A DNA stretch of 64,000 nucleotides from contig CACOXS010000003.1 of assembly GCA_902631255.1 (NCBI GenBank), positions 5,692 to 69,691 of the forward strand, given 5' to 3'. Position numbers and translations under genes: made by a program. The first letter of the stretch is position 1; every line of letters starts with the position of its first letter. The notes below the pieces were generated by a model. The model was not told the origin of the DNA, did not search any database, and was given only the letters and a program-made list of their open reading frames with translations. Of the stretch, positions 47,175 to 59,059 are shown piece after piece. The stretch comes from an uncultured Pelagibacteraceae bacterium (GTDB lineage: Bacteria; Pseudomonadota; Alphaproteobacteria; Pelagibacterales; Pelagibacteraceae).

Positions 47175-48495
47175 GGATCAAGATAGAATTTTTCAAAACT
47201 TATACAATGATTTGGGACCCGACCTAACCTCATCTCAAAAAAGAGGTGATTGGGTTAACACCAAAGAAATAACAGATAAGGGCAGAGACTGGATTATAAA
47301 TGAAATCAAAGACTCTCAACTTAGAGGAAGAGGTGGCGCAGGTTTTCCAACAGGTTTAAAATGGTCTTTTGCACCAAAAGAGGTTGGCTCTAGACCCCAT
47401 TATTTAGTGATCAATGGAGATGAGTCTGAGCCAGGCACTTGTAAAGATAGAGATATTTTAAGATTTGAACCTCATAAATTAATCGAAGGTTGTTTGATTG
47501 CATCTTATGCAATTCAAGCACATGTTTGTTACATTTATATAAGAGGGGAATATTTTGTAGACGGGCAAAAGCTACAAGCAGCAATTGATGAAGCCTATGA
47601 AAAAAAACTATTAGGTAAAAACGCTGCAGGCACTGGGTGGGATCTGGATATATATATTCACTATGGAGCTGGAGCATATATTTGTGGAGAAGAAACTGCA
47701 TTACTCGAAAGTATTGAGGGAAAAAAAGGTCAACCAAGATTAAAACCTCCTTTTCCAGCACTAATTGGACTTTATGGTTGCCCAACAATAATTAATAATG
47801 TGGAAACTATAGCTGTTGTACCAACAATATTAAGAAGAGGTGGGAAATGGTTTGCATCTTTGGGAAGAGAAAAAAATACAGGTACCAAAATTTTTTGTAT
47901 ATCTGGAAACGTAAATAATCCTTGTAATGTTGAGGAAGAAATGAACATTCCATTAAAAGAACTAATTGAAGTACATGCTGGTGGTGTCATAGGTGGCTGG
48001 GATAATTTACAAGCTGTTATACCTGGTGGATCATCAATGCCATTGATACCAAAAGATAAATGTGAGACTTTAACTATGGACTTTGACTCATTAATGGCTG
48101 AAAAAAGTGGATTAGGAACAGCTGGTGTAGTTGTTATTAACAAAGATCAAGACATCATAAAATGTATGGCCAGAATTGCTAGATTTTATAAACATGAAAG
48201 TTGTGGGCAATGTACACCTTGTAGGGAAGGTTCAGGTTGGATGTGGAGAATGCTTGAAAGAATGGCAAAAGGTGAAGCATCTAAAGATGAGATAGACATG
48301 TTGGGTGATGTTACAAAACAAATAGAAGGTCATACGATTTGTGCATTTGGTGAAGGTTCATCTTGGCCAGTTCAAGGTTTATTAAGACATTTCAAAGATG
48401 AAATTAAAAAAAGAAATAAATTTGATCCAATTGTAAAAGAAAATAAAAATATACCTTATTTAGTAGATCAACACTTATTGGATAAAAATGCTTAA
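47167..48495 (+). CDS. nuoF: NADH-quinone oxidoreductase subunit F
   Basis: [28 protein letters not shown]. Confidence 0.98.
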   Translation: MLKDQDRIFQNLYNDLGPDLTSSQKRGDWVNTKEITDKGRDWIINEIKDSQLRGRGGAGFPTGLKWSFAPKEVGSRPHYLVINGDESEPGTCKDRDILRFEPHKLIEGCLIASYAIQAHVCYIYIRGEYFVDGQKLQAAIDEAYEKKLLGKNAAGTGWDLDIYIHYGAGAYICGEETALLESIEGKKGQPRLKPPFPALIGLYGCPTIINNVETIAVVPTILRRGGKWFASLGREKNTGTKIFCISGNVNNPCNVEEEMNIPLKELIEVHAGGVIGGWDNLQAVIPGGSSMPLIPKDKCETLTMDFDSLMAEKSGLGTAGVVVINKDQDIIKCMARIARFYKHESCGQCTPCREGSGWMWRMLERMAKGEASKDEIDMLGDVTKQIEGHTICAFGEGSSWPVQGLLRHFKDEIKKRNKFDPIVKENKNIPYLVDQHLLDKNA

Positions 48496-50521
48496 ATTAA
48501 AAGTTAATGATATTGAAGTAGAGGTTGAGGAAGGTTTAACTGTTCTTCAGGCTTGTGAAAAAGCGGGCGCAGAAATACCAAGATTTTGTTATCACGAAAA
48601 ATTATCAATAGCTGGTAACTGCAGAATGTGTTTAGTTGAAATGGAAAAATCTCCAAAACCAATAGCCTCATGTGCAATGCCCGCTGCAGATGGAATGGTT
48701 ATAAAAACTAATACTCCAAAAATAGAGAAATCAAGAAAAGGTGTGATGGAGTTTTTATTAGCAAATCATCCGTTGGATTGTCCAGTGTGTGATCAGGGTG
48801 GGGAATGTGATCTTCAAGATCAATCGATGTTTTATGGAATAGATAAGTCAAGATTTAAAGAAAACAAAAGAGCAGTGCCTGAGAAAAATATGGGTCCACT
48901 GATCAAAACTCAAATGACAAGATGTATCCATTGTACAAGGTGTGTGAGATTTGCAACCGAGATAGCTGGAGTTCCTGAATTAGGTGCAATTGGAAGGGGT
49001 GAGGATATGCAAATTACTACATATTTAGAGCAATCAGTTCAATCAGAACTATCAGGAAACGTAATTGATCTTTGTCCAGTAGGAGCTCTGACATCTAAGC
49101 CTTATGTTTTTGAAGCAAGACCATGGGAATTAAAAAAAACGCAAACAATTGATGTAATGGATGCAGTTGGTTCAAATATTCGAGTTGATACCTATGACTG
49201 GGAAGTAAAAAGAGTTTTGCCTGTTATAAATGAGGACATAAATGAAGAGTGGATTTCAGATAAAACAAGATATGCTTGCGATGGATTATTAAATCAAAGA
49301 TTAGACACTCCGTATATAAAGTATAATAATAAATTTGAAAAAGCTTCTTGGGACGAGGTTTACAAAATTATCAAATCAAAAATAGAAAATGCAAACAAAG
49401 ATAAAATTTGTGGGTTTGTTGGTGATCTAACAAATATGGAGACAAGTTTTATTTTAAAAGAATTTTTAGAAAGAACAATTGGTACGAAAAAATATGATTT
49501 TAGACCTACAAAAAGATTTATCGACAATTCAAAAAGAGAAAATTATTTATTCAATTCATCGATAAACGGAATTGAAGAAGCAGATTTAATTTTATTGATA
49601 GGCACTAATCCTAGATTTGAAGCAACAATGATTAATGCGCGAATTCGAAAAGCATATTTAAGTAATAATACCAAAGTTGTTTCTTTAAACGATCTTGGAG
49701 ACTTAACTTACAGCTATCAAAGTTTAAATGGGAAGGCAAAAACTATCAAAGATATATTTGAAAATAAAAATGAATTGTCAAAAGAAATTATTGAGTCAAA
49801 AAAACCAATGATTGTGTTTGGAGAGTCTTTTTTTAAAATAAAATCAGCAAGTCATTTATTTAATTTATCAAAAAAATTTTTATCCAAGAATAATAAATTG
49901 AATGATGATTGGAATCCAATAAACATATTATCAGTTGATGCAGCTACAATTGGAAATCTAGATTTAGATATCATTGATAAAAATGATAAAATTCTAGATG
50001 AACTTCATGAAAATAAATTTGAAATTATTTTTTTACTTGGTCAAGATAATTTAGATTTTAAGAAGAAAGATGAATTTATTATTTATCAAGGAAGTCATGG
50101 AGATAGAGGCGCAGAAATTGCAGATATAATTTTACCAGGTGCTGCTTATACTGAACAATCTGGACATTACACTAATTTGGAAGGTAAATTACAAAAAGCT
50201 TATAAAGCATCTTACCCCCCAGGTGATGCTAAAGAGGACTGGCAAATTATTAATGATCTCGCTGAGGTTATGAATAATAGAAAACTTTTTAATGATAAAG
50301 ATGAACTCGAAAGTAGTATGTTTAACTATTTAAAGATGAACAAAGACCAGCAAAATACAGAATTAGAAGATAAATTAAATGAAAGTGATTTTGCTGATGA
50401 ATTTTTAAAAGTTGATTATAAAGACTACTATTTTTCTAATGTAATTGCACGTTCATCAAAAACTATGCTTGAATGTAATAACGCAAAAATTGATTTAAAA
50501 AAAACAGGGACAGAAGGTTAA
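48488..50521 (+). CDS. nuoG: NADH-quinone oxidoreductase subunit G
   Basis: [32 protein letters not shown]. Confidence 0.98.
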   Translation: MLKLKVNDIEVEVEEGLTVLQACEKAGAEIPRFCYHEKLSIAGNCRMCLVEMEKSPKPIASCAMPAADGMVIKTNTPKIEKSRKGVMEFLLANHPLDCPVCDQGGECDLQDQSMFYGIDKSRFKENKRAVPEKNMGPLIKTQMTRCIHCTRCVRFATEIAGVPELGAIGRGEDMQITTYLEQSVQSELSGNVIDLCPVGALTSKPYVFEARPWELKKTQTIDVMDAVGSNIRVDTYDWEVKRVLPVINEDINEEWISDKTRYACDGLLNQRLDTPYIKYNNKFEKASWDEVYKIIKSKIENANKDKICGFVGDLTNMETSFILKEFLERTIGTKKYDFRPTKRFIDNSKRENYLFNSSINGIEEADLILLIGTNPRFEATMINARIRKAYLSNNTKVVSLNDLGDLTYSYQSLNGKAKTIKDIFENKNELSKEIIESKKPMIVFGESFFKIKSASHLFNLSKKFLSKNNKLNDDWNPINILSVDAATIGNLDLDIIDKNDKILDELHENKFEIIFLLGQDNLDFKKKDEFIIYQGSHGDRGAEIADIILPGAAYTEQSGHYTNLEGKLQKAYKASYPPGDAKEDWQIINDLAEVMNNRKLFNDKDELESSMFNYLKMNKDQQNTELEDKLNESDFADEFLKVDYKDYYFSNVIARSSKTMLECNNAKIDLKKTGTEG

Positions 50522-50524
50522 TTC

Positions 50525-51523
50525 ATGGAATACTTAAATATTATTTTTCAAGAAAGTTACAAAATTTTATTTTTATTAGTGCCTGTTTTAGTTTCAGTCG
50601 CTATGATCGTGTGGTTAGATCGAAGAGTTTGGGCTTTTGTTCAAAAAAGACAAGGTCCAAATGTTGTTGGTCCATTTGGCTTATTACAATCCCTAGCAGA
50701 TGCCCTAAAATATATTTTCAAGGAAATTATAATACCTGCTAGTTCAAACAAAGTAATTTTTATTCTTGCTCCAATAATAACAATGACTCTAGCTCTAATA
50801 GCATGGGCTGTAATTCCTTTTGGTGTTGAACAAGTATTAGCAGATATAAATGTTGGAATTTTATATATTTTTGCTGTCTCATCATTAGGTGTGTACGGGA
50901 TAATAATGGGTGGATGGGCGTCGAATTCAAAATATCCTTTTTTAGGAGCAATTAGATCTGCTGCACAAATGGTATCTTATGAAGTATCTATTGGTATCAT
51001 TATAATTAATGTTTTATTATGCGTTGGATCTCTAAACTTGAATGATATTGTAGTTGCTCAAAAAGAAATGTGGTTTGTAATACCATTGTTTCCAATGTTT
51101 GTAATTTTTTTTATATCAGCTTTAGCTGAAACGAATAGACCACCTTTTGATTTACCAGAAGCAGAGGCTGAATTAGTTGCGGGTTACCAAACAGAATATT
51201 CTGGGATGATGTATGCAATGTTTTGGTTAGGAGAGTATGCAAATATTTTGTTAATGTGTGCACTAGGGTCAATTTTATTTTTAGGAGGCTGGTTATCTCC
51301 AATCGATCTTTATCCTTTTAATTTAATACCTGGCGCTCTTTGGTTAATTTTCAAAATTTTATTTTTATTTATTCTTTTTGCGTTGGTCAAAGCGATTGTT
51401 CCAAGATATAGATATGATCAATTAATGAGACTAGGTTGGAAAATATTTTTACCATTATCTTTAACTTATGTTGTTTTGACGGCAAGTTATCTTTTTTACT
51501 TTAATCTTTTACCTACAATATAA
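50525..51523 (+). CDS. nuoH: NADH-quinone oxidoreductase subunit H
   Basis: [28 protein letters not shown]. Confidence 0.98.
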   Translation: MEYLNIIFQESYKILFLLVPVLVSVAMIVWLDRRVWAFVQKRQGPNVVGPFGLLQSLADALKYIFKEIIIPASSNKVIFILAPIITMTLALIAWAVIPFGVEQVLADINVGILYIFAVSSLGVYGIIMGGWASNSKYPFLGAIRSAAQMVSYEVSIGIIIINVLLCVGSLNLNDIVVAQKEMWFVIPLFPMFVIFFISALAETNRPPFDLPEAEAELVAGYQTEYSGMMYAMFWLGEYANILLMCALGSILFLGGWLSPIDLYPFNLIPGALWLIFKILFLFILFALVKAIVPRYRYDQLMRLGWKIFLPLSLTYVVLTASYLFYFNLLPTI

Positions 51524-52009
51524 ATGAAAATATCAAGATTTTTTAAAACAATATTAATGACCGATTTTATTAGTGGGCTTTTTATTGCTGTAAAGGAACT
51601 CTTCAAATCAAAAAAAACAATAAATTATCCATTTGAAAAAGGCAAAATTAGTCCAAGATATAGAGGTGAACACGCATTGAGAAGATATCCTAATGGAGAA
51701 GAAAGATGTATAGCTTGTAAATTATGTGAAGCTGTTTGCCCTGCTCAAGCAATTACAATTGAATCTGCCGAAAGAGCTGATGGAAGCAGAAAAACTACAC
51801 GCTATGATATTGATATGATGAAATGTATTTATTGTGGATTATGTGAAGAGTCTTGTCCTGTAGATGCAATTGTACAAGGACCAAATTTTGAATTTTCAAC
51901 TGAAACTCGTGAAGAACTCTATTATACAAAAGAAAAACTCCTAGATAACGGAGATAGATGGGAAAATGTTTTAGCGGCAAATATTAAATCAGACAATCCA
52001 TACAGATAA
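51524..52009 (+). CDS. nuoI: NADH-quinone oxidoreductase subunit I
   Basis: [12 protein letters not shown] and [12 protein letters not shown]. Confidence 0.98.
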   Translation: MKISRFFKTILMTDFISGLFIAVKELFKSKKTINYPFEKGKISPRYRGEHALRRYPNGEERCIACKLCEAVCPAQAITIESAERADGSRKTTRYDIDMMKCIYCGLCEESCPVDAIVQGPNFEFSTETREELYYTKEKLLDNGDRWENVLAANIKSDNPYR

Positions 52010-52012
52010 TTT

Positions 52013-52645
52013 ATGATTGCACATGCAATATTTTTTTATGTCTTTTCTGTAATTGCAGTTGTTTCTGCCATAATGGTAACTGTTTCTAAAAACACAGTTC
52101 ATTCAGTTTTTTTTTTAATTCTTGATTTTATAAGTATATCTTGCCTCTTCATAATGATTGGTGCCGAATTTTTGGGGATGATTATGTTGATAGTTTATGT
52201 TGGTGCAGTTGCAGTGCTATTTTTGTTTGTTGTAATGATGCTTAATGTTGCTCAACAAAAAAATCAGTGGTTTGTTTCAAAAGATAGCTCAAGACATATC
52301 CCTATAGGATTATTAATCAGTGTAATAATATTTTTTGAATTGATAATTGTAATAGGTGGCTGGAAATATAAACCTGATTTATTTAATTCTACAAAATCAT
52401 CACTAGAAAATGGGGTAAGCAACACTCATTCACTGGGTCAGGTTTTATACACTGATTATATACACGTGTTTCAAATTAGTGGGATGATACTTTTGATTGC
52501 TATGATAGGAGCAATAGTACTTACTTTTAGACAAAGAGAGGGTGTTAAAAAACAAAGTTATTTAAAACAAATATCTAGAGAAAGGACTGAAGGTGTGGAA
52601 GTACTTGAAGTTGCATCTAATAAAGGAGTAAAAATAGATGATTGA
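52013..52645 (+). CDS. nuoJ: NADH-quinone oxidoreductase subunit J
   Basis: [17 protein letters not shown]; operon position. Confidence 0.96.
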   Translation: MIAHAIFFYVFSVIAVVSAIMVTVSKNTVHSVFFLILDFISISCLFIMIGAEFLGMIMLIVYVGAVAVLFLFVVMMLNVAQQKNQWFVSKDSSRHIPIGLLISVIIFFELIIVIGGWKYKPDLFNSTKSSLENGVSNTHSLGQVLYTDYIHVFQISGMILLIAMIGAIVLTFRQREGVKKQSYLKQISRERTEGVEVLEVASNKGVKIDD

Positions 52646-52949
52646 TATAGGTTTAGGTCACTATTTAACTTTAGGTGCTGTTATTTTTAGTATTGGAATA
52701 ATTGGTATATTTCTTAATAGAAAAAATATTATTGTAATCTTGATGAGTATTGAACTTATCTTATTAGCTGTAAATATTAATTTAGTATCTTTTTCAATTT
52801 ATTTAGGAGATCTTTCTGGTCAAGTGTTTACCCTCTTTATACTAACTGTTGCCGCAGCTGAGGCTGCAATTGGTCTTGCGATCATAGTTGTTTATTTTAG
52901 AAACTCTGGAACTATTCGAGTAGAGGAGATAGATAAACTAAAAGGTTAA
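52638..52949 (+). CDS. nuoK: NADH-quinone oxidoreductase subunit K
   Basis: [17 protein letters not shown]. Confidence 0.97.
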   Translation: MIDIGLGHYLTLGAVIFSIGIIGIFLNRKNIIVILMSIELILLAVNINLVSFSIYLGDLSGQVFTLFILTVAAAEAAIGLAIIVVYFRNSGTIRVEEIDKLKG

Positions 52950-52950
52950 A

Positions 52951-54864
52951 ATGGAAATTTCAATTATAGCATTACCATTAATTGCTTCAATTATTTCAGG
53001 ATTTTTTGGAAAATTGATAGGAGATAGAAGTTCAGAAATAATTACCAGCCTATTGGTATCTATTTCAGCAATTTTTTCTGTTCTCGTTTTGTATGAGGTT
53101 GTTGTCAATCAATATCAAGAGAACATCATCATAGCGACATGGATTAGCTCTGGATCGCTTGAAGTAAATTGGTCAATGAAAATTGATTCATTATCTGCTG
53201 TGATGTTAGTTGTTGTTACATCAGTTTCTGCCTTAGTTCATATTTATTCAATCGGTTACATGTCTCACGACCCGCATAAACCAAGATTTATGGCTTACTT
53301 ATCTTTATTTACATTTGCAATGCTGATGTTAGTTACTGCAGATAATTTTATTCAATTATTTTTTGGTTGGGAAGGTGTAGGCTTATGTTCGTATTTTTTA
53401 ATAGGATTTTGGTTTAAAAAAGAATCAGCTAACAAAGCTGCAATTAAAGCATTTGTAGTAAATAGAGTGGGTGATTTTGGATTTGCTCTAGGAATATTTT
53501 TAATTTTTTATTTATTTGGAACTGTAAATTATACTGAGGTTTTTGCTGAAATTCCAAACATTGCAGATAAAAATTTGGTATTTTTAGGTATCACATTTAA
53601 TGCAGTAGATTTGATTTGTTTACTTTTATTCATTGGTGCAATGGGTAAATCAGCACAAATTTTACTTCATACTTGGTTACCAGACGCTATGGAAGGGCCA
53701 ACACCTGTTTCTGCCTTAATTCATGCCGCCACTATGGTAACAGCAGGAGTTTTTTTAGTTGTAAGGTGTTCACCAATTTATGAATACTCTGATTTAGCTT
53801 TAAATATCATTACAATTGTTGGTATGAGTACTGCATTCTTTGCTGCAACAGTGGCTCTGGTACAAAATGATATTAAAAAAATAATTGCGTATTCTACTTG
53901 TAGCCAATTAGGTTACATGTTTTTTGCTACTGGCGTAGGAGCATATAATGTTGCAATGTTTCATTTATTCACTCACGCGTTTTTTAAAGCACTATTATTT
54001 TTAGGATCTGGTTCAGTTATTCATGCTTTTAAAGACGAACAAAATATAAATAATATGGGCGGTGTGTGGAAAAAACTTCCATACACCTATTCACTGATGA
54101 TTATAGGAACGCTGGCTTTAACGGGGTTTCCATTTTTGTCAGGTTTTTATTCTAAGGATGCAATAATTGAATTTGCTTATTTGAGAGGAAATACAACAGG
54201 TTATTATGCTGCTGGTATAGGTATTTTTACAGCATTTCTTACATCAATTTATTCTTGGAGATTAATTTTTAAAACTTTTCATGGTGAGTATAATAATAAA
54301 GAGATTAAGATAGATGAGACGCACGAGTCTCCTATCGTGATGTTGATACCTCTAGTTTTATTATCAGTTGGTGCAATATTTGCAGGATTTTTATTTAAAG
54401 AATTATTTATCGGTTATGAGGGTCTAAATAATTTTTGGCGTGACTCAATATTTTTTCTAAAACCATTAAGCACTGATCACCCACCACTATGGTTTTTATT
54501 ACTTACTCCAACTTTGGTAATATTATCTATTCCACTAGCGTATTATTTATTCCTTAAAAATAGAAATTTACCTGAACGATTAGCTAGTATAAATAAACCG
54601 CTTTATCAATTTTTGTTAAATAAATGGTATTTTGATGAACTTTATGATGTTTTATTTGTTAAACCATCAAAAAAATTAGGTTTATTTTTATGGAAGTTCT
54701 TTGATTTGAAAATTATCGATGGGTTTGGTCCAGACGGTATTTCGTCGATGATCAAAAAATTTTCAGTAAAAGCTAATAAATTTCAAAGTGGGTATATATA
54801 TCAATATGCTTTTGTAATGTTACTTGGTTTTTCTGCTTTATTAACATTCTTAATTGTAAAATAA
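52951..54864 (+). CDS. nuoL: NADH-quinone oxidoreductase subunit L
   Basis: GWEGVG, WLPDAMEGPTPVSALIHAATMV, HAFFKALLF. Confidence 0.98.
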   Translation: MEISIIALPLIASIISGFFGKLIGDRSSEIITSLLVSISAIFSVLVLYEVVVNQYQENIIIATWISSGSLEVNWSMKIDSLSAVMLVVVTSVSALVHIYSIGYMSHDPHKPRFMAYLSLFTFAMLMLVTADNFIQLFFGWEGVGLCSYFLIGFWFKKESANKAAIKAFVVNRVGDFGFALGIFLIFYLFGTVNYTEVFAEIPNIADKNLVFLGITFNAVDLICLLLFIGAMGKSAQILLHTWLPDAMEGPTPVSALIHAATMVTAGVFLVVRCSPIYEYSDLALNIITIVGMSTAFFAATVALVQNDIKKIIAYSTCSQLGYMFFATGVGAYNVAMFHLFTHAFFKALLFLGSGSVIHAFKDEQNINNMGGVWKKLPYTYSLMIIGTLALTGFPFLSGFYSKDAIIEFAYLRGNTTGYYAAGIGIFTAFLTSIYSWRLIFKTFHGEYNNKEIKIDETHESPIVMLIPLVLLSVGAIFAGFLFKELFIGYEGLNNFWRDSIFFLKPLSTDHPPLWFLLLTPTLVILSIPLAYYLFLKNRNLPERLASINKPLYQFLLNKWYFDELYDVLFVKPSKKLGLFLWKFFDLKIIDGFGPDGISSMIKKFSVKANKFQSGYIYQYAFVMLLGFSALLTFLIVK

Positions 54865-56348
54865 TGAACTTTCCTATCCTTTCCTCTTTGATTTTATTAC
54901 CATCAATTGGAGCTTTATTCTTATTTTTTACCAAAAGTGATAAAAAAAATAATTTTACTGGAAAATATGTTGCTTTATTTACTTCAGCAGTAAATTTTTT
55001 TTTATCGATTTATCTATGGATATTATTTGATCCAACAACTTCTGAGTTTCAATTTGTTGAGGAAAGAATTTGGATTAAAGATTTAATAAATTACAAGGTA
55101 GGTGTTGATGGTATTTCAATTTTGTTTATTTTACTCACAACATTTATTACACCACTTTGTATTGTATCGGTAAATAATTCAATCAAAGAGAGACTAAGTG
55201 AATTTTTGATAGCTGTACTTATCATGGAGTCTTTTATGATCGGTGTATTCTGCTCTTTAGACCTTGTTATTTTTTATTTATTTTTTGAGGCAGGTTTAAT
55301 TCCCATGTTTTTAATTATTGGTATCTGGGGTGGTGCCAGAAGAGTTTATTCAGCATTTAAATTTTTTTTGTATACCTTGCTTGGTTCAGTTTTAATGTTA
55401 GTAGCTATAATTACAATTTATTGGCTGAATGGAACTACAGATGTAGTTGAACTTTATAATTCTGGAATTGATATAAAGTATCAAAATCTTTTATGGTTAG
55501 CTTTTTTTAGCTCTTTTGCAGTTAAAACTCCTATGTGGCCAGTTCATACATGGTTACCAGATGCTCATGTTGAAGCACCAACAGCAGGATCTGTTTTATT
55601 AGCAGCTATATTATTAAAAATGGCAGGTTATGGTTTTATCAGATTTTCTCTTGGATTGTTTCCGACAGCATCAGAAATCTTCACCCCATTGATTTACACA
55701 CTCAGTGTAATTGCGATTATTTTTACTTCTTTCATAGCTTTAATGCAGGAAGATATGAAAAAGCTAATTGCTTATTCATCAGTTGCCCATATGGGTTATG
55801 TTACTTTAGGAATTTTTACTATTCAGCAACAAGGTATTGAGGGAAGTATTATTCAGATGATCAGTCATGGACTAGTTTCTGCAGCACTTTTTTTATGTGT
55901 AGGTGTTGTTTATGACAGAATGCATTCAAGACTTATAAATACCTATGGTGGAATCGTGAGTATTATTCCAAAATATTCTATTTTGTTTATGTTATTTACT
56001 TTAGCAGCTCTAGGCCTACCTGGAACAAGTGGTTTTGTTGGGGAGTTTTTAATTTTGATGGGCGCATTTAAGGATAATTTTTTAGTAGCCGTGATTGCCA
56101 GCTTAGGGGTAATTATTGGCGCTGCATATATGCTTTGGTTATATAAAAGAGTAGTTTTTGGAAAATTAATAAATACAGATTTGAAACAGATGTTTGATTT
56201 AAATAGATCTGAGTTATTTATTTTATCTTGTTTAGCTGTACCAACTCTATTTTTTGGATTTTATCCAGATCCTCTAATTAACACAATTGAGGTTTCTATC
56301 TCAGATTTAATTGATCAATATAATTTTAAATTAGCAAGTAAAACATAA
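54864..56348 (+). CDS. nuoM: NADH-quinone oxidoreductase subunit M
   Basis: WLPDAHVEAPTAGS, AYSSVAHMG. Confidence 0.98.
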   Translation: MNFPILSSLILLPSIGALFLFFTKSDKKNNFTGKYVALFTSAVNFFLSIYLWILFDPTTSEFQFVEERIWIKDLINYKVGVDGISILFILLTTFITPLCIVSVNNSIKERLSEFLIAVLIMESFMIGVFCSLDLVIFYLFFEAGLIPMFLIIGIWGGARRVYSAFKFFLYTLLGSVLMLVAIITIYWLNGTTDVVELYNSGIDIKYQNLLWLAFFSSFAVKTPMWPVHTWLPDAHVEAPTAGSVLLAAILLKMAGYGFIRFSLGLFPTASEIFTPLIYTLSVIAIIFTSFIALMQEDMKKLIAYSSVAHMGYVTLGIFTIQQQGIEGSIIQMISHGLVSAALFLCVGVVYDRMHSRLINTYGGIVSIIPKYSILFMLFTLAALGLPGTSGFVGEFLILMGAFKDNFLVAVIASLGVIIGAAYMLWLYKRVVFGKLINTDLKQMFDLNRSELFILSCLAVPTLFFGFYPDPLINTIEVSISDLIDQYNFKLASKT

Positions 56349-57766
56349 TGGAAAATTTACAATTAGTATTACCCGAAATATTTTTATCTTTGTCGATAAT
56401 GTTTTTATTAATATTAGGTGTATTTAAAAAAAATAGCTCAAGACTTGTTCAGAGTCTTTCTTTAGCTGTTTTAATTATAACCGCTGTTATTACTTTTAAT
56501 GAAACAATTGGTATTAACGAAACAAAAATATTTAATAATAGTATTATTATTGATTATTTATCTTCTTTAATGAAGATAATCACTTTATTAGCTGCTTTCT
56601 TAGTCCTAATCATTTCTTCAAACTATCTTAAAACTTTTCAAATCTTTAAGATTGAGTATCCAATATTAATTTTAAGTTCTGTATTAGGAATGATGGTTAT
56701 GATTAATTCTAATGACTTAATAGTATTTTACATGGGTCTTGAGCTTCAGTCATTGGCCTTATATGTTTTAGCAACATTCAATAGAGATCAAATCAAATCT
56801 TCTGAAGCGGGACTTAAATATTTTGTTTTAAGTGCCTTATCCTCTGGTTTGTTGCTATATGGTTGCTCTTTAATATATGGGTTTACTGGCTCTACCAACT
56901 TTAATGTGATAGCTGATCAATTGAACTCTAATGAGTATGCTTTAACATTTGGTATTGTATTTATTTTAGTAGGACTAGCGTTCAAAATTTCTGCTGTTCC
57001 TTTTCATATGTGGGCCCCAGATGTTTACGAAGGTTCACCAACTTCAGTGACATTATTTTTTACAATGGTTCCAAAAATAGCAGCATTAACAGTATTTATT
57101 AGATTTTTATATGTCCCATTTTTAAATCTGATTGATCAGTGGCAAATGATTTTAATTTTTTTATCGATCGCATCAATGCTATTTGGTGCTATTGCAGCCA
57201 TAGGACAAACAAATTTGAAAAGACTTGTTGCATATAGCTCCATAGGTCATGTTGGTTACGCTCTAGCTGGTGTAGCGGCAGGTACTAATGATGGCATTCA
57301 AAGTTCAGTAATTTATATAACCATATATATACTAATGAACTTAGGATTATTTTCATGCTTGTTAATGTTGAAACGAGACAATAACTATTACGAAAAAATA
57401 GATGATTTGTCAGGATTATCTAAAAATCATCCAATGCTAGCGTTATCATTACTAATAATTTTATTTTCACTAGCTGGGATCCCTCCTTTAGCTGGTTTTT
57501 TTGCTAAGTTTTATGTTTTTAAAGCAGTCATTGAACAATCAATGTATTTTTTAGCAATCGTTGGTTTATTATCAACAGTCGTTGCAGCTTTTTATTATTT
57601 AAGGTTAATTAAAATTATGTATTTTGATGAGCAAAAAGAAAAATATGATACTGATCATGGTTTTTGGTTAAAATTTTCTTTAACAGCATCTACATTGTTA
57701 ATTCTGATATACTTCATATTTCCGAGCCAATTAATAGAGGTAGTTTCCAGAATTGACATAATTTAA
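56348..57766 (+). CDS. nuoN: NADH-quinone oxidoreductase subunit N
   Basis: EAGLKYF, PFHMWAPDVYEG, SLAGIPP. Confidence 0.98.
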   Translation: MENLQLVLPEIFLSLSIMFLLILGVFKKNSSRLVQSLSLAVLIITAVITFNETIGINETKIFNNSIIIDYLSSLMKIITLLAAFLVLIISSNYLKTFQIFKIEYPILILSSVLGMMVMINSNDLIVFYMGLELQSLALYVLATFNRDQIKSSEAGLKYFVLSALSSGLLLYGCSLIYGFTGSTNFNVIADQLNSNEYALTFGIVFILVGLAFKISAVPFHMWAPDVYEGSPTSVTLFFTMVPKIAALTVFIRFLYVPFLNLIDQWQMILIFLSIASMLFGAIAAIGQTNLKRLVAYSSIGHVGYALAGVAAGTNDGIQSSVIYITIYILMNLGLFSCLLMLKRDNNYYEKIDDLSGLSKNHPMLALSLLIILFSLAGIPPLAGFFAKFYVFKAVIEQSMYFLAIVGLLSTVVAAFYYLRLIKIMYFDEQKEKYDTDHGFWLKFSLTASTLLILIYFIFPSQLIEVVSRIDII

Positions 57767-58308
57767 TGAAATTCAGAATTTTAAGATTTAAAAAATTAAG
57801 AAGTACGAATGATACAGCCATAAGAATGGTTAAAAGTTCCAATTTAAATTATGGAATGATAATTGCTGATAGCCAAAGTAATGGACGTGGGCAGTACGGA
57901 AGAAAATGGATTTCATTTAAAGGCAATTTATTTGTAAGTTTTTTTTATAATTTAGAAAATATGGATTTAAATTTCACTAAAATAACAAAATTAAATTGTA
58001 TATTAGTAAAAAAACTAATTTCAAAATATTACAAAAAAAGAATTGTATATAAAAAACCAAATGATTTGTTAATTAAAGGAAAAAAAATTTGTGGAATTCT
58101 CCAAGAGATAATAAACAAACAAAATCAAAAATTTTTAATACTTGGAATTGGAATTAATTTAATAAAAAACCCTATAATTAGCAACTATCCAACTACTAAT
58201 TTAAATGATTTAATTAATAAAAAAATTTCTAAAAGAAATATTGAGATACAATTGAAAAAAATTTTTGAAAAAAATTTAGAAATTTATAAACATAAAAAAA
58301 ATAAATAA
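57766..58308 (+). CDS. birA: Biotin-protein ligase (short, no HTH)
   Basis: STN, GRGQYGRKW, KPND, KKICGIL, GIGIN. Confidence 0.9.
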   Translation: MKFRILRFKKLRSTNDTAIRMVKSSNLNYGMIIADSQSNGRGQYGRKWISFKGNLFVSFFYNLENMDLNFTKITKLNCILVKKLISKYYKKRIVYKKPNDLLIKGKKICGILQEIINKQNQKFLILGIGINLIKNPIISNYPTTNLNDLINKKISKRNIEIQLKKIFEKNLEIYKHKKNK

Positions 58309-58312
58309 TTAT

Positions 58313-59059
58313 ATGTATATTTTGGGTGATATTGGAAATTCAGATACAAAGATATTTTTAGTCAACAAAAAAGATAGAATTTTAAAAAGAACAAGTTTAA
58401 TTTCAAAAAATACCAATAATAAAAATTTGGACAAAAAAATTAAATTTTTGATTAAAGATATTAAGAAAGTAGAGAAAATCCTTTTTTGTAGTGTTGTACC
58501 AAAATCTTTTTATTTGATTAAAAAATATTTTCATAAAAAAACCAAAATTAGATGTTATGAAATTAAAAATCTTAATTTGAGTTCATTAATTAAGATCAAA
58601 GTTAATTATAAACAGGCCGGTTCAGATCGTTTAGCTAATGCAATTAGTCTACAAAATGGTAAAGACAATTTTATAATTTTAGATTTTGGTACTGCCACCA
58701 CATTTGATGTAGTTGAAAAAAAATATTATAGAGGTGGTATAATAGCCCCTGGAGTTAAAATATCGCTTGATACTTTGTCTGACAAAGCCTCATTGATACC
58801 TCAAATAAATTTAAAGAAGATAAGAAATATAGTTGGCAACAATACAATTTCGGCAGTGCGTTCAGGTTTTTTTTGGGGTTATATAGGACTAATTGACAAT
58901 ATTATTAATTTGATTAAGAAAGAAACTAGAAAATCTTTCAAACTTGTAATTACTGGTGGTTACTCTGATTTGTTTAGAAAATCATTAAAGACTCGTGTAA
59001 TACAAAATAAAGATATCACAATTAAAGGATTAATTAAAATTGCTAAGTTAATAAAATAA
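58313..59059 (+). CDS. coaX: Type III pantothenate kinase
   Basis: DIGNS, GSDR, DFGTATT, ITGG. Confidence 0.93.
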   Translation: MYILGDIGNSDTKIFLVNKKDRILKRTSLISKNTNNKNLDKKIKFLIKDIKKVEKILFCSVVPKSFYLIKKYFHKKTKIRCYEIKNLNLSSLIKIKVNYKQAGSDRLANAISLQNGKDNFIILDFGTATTFDVVEKKYYRGGIIAPGVKISLDTLSDKASLIPQINLKKIRNIVGNNTISAVRSGFFWGYIGLIDNIINLIKKETRKSFKLVITGGYSDLFRKSLKTRVIQNKDITIKGLIKIAKLIK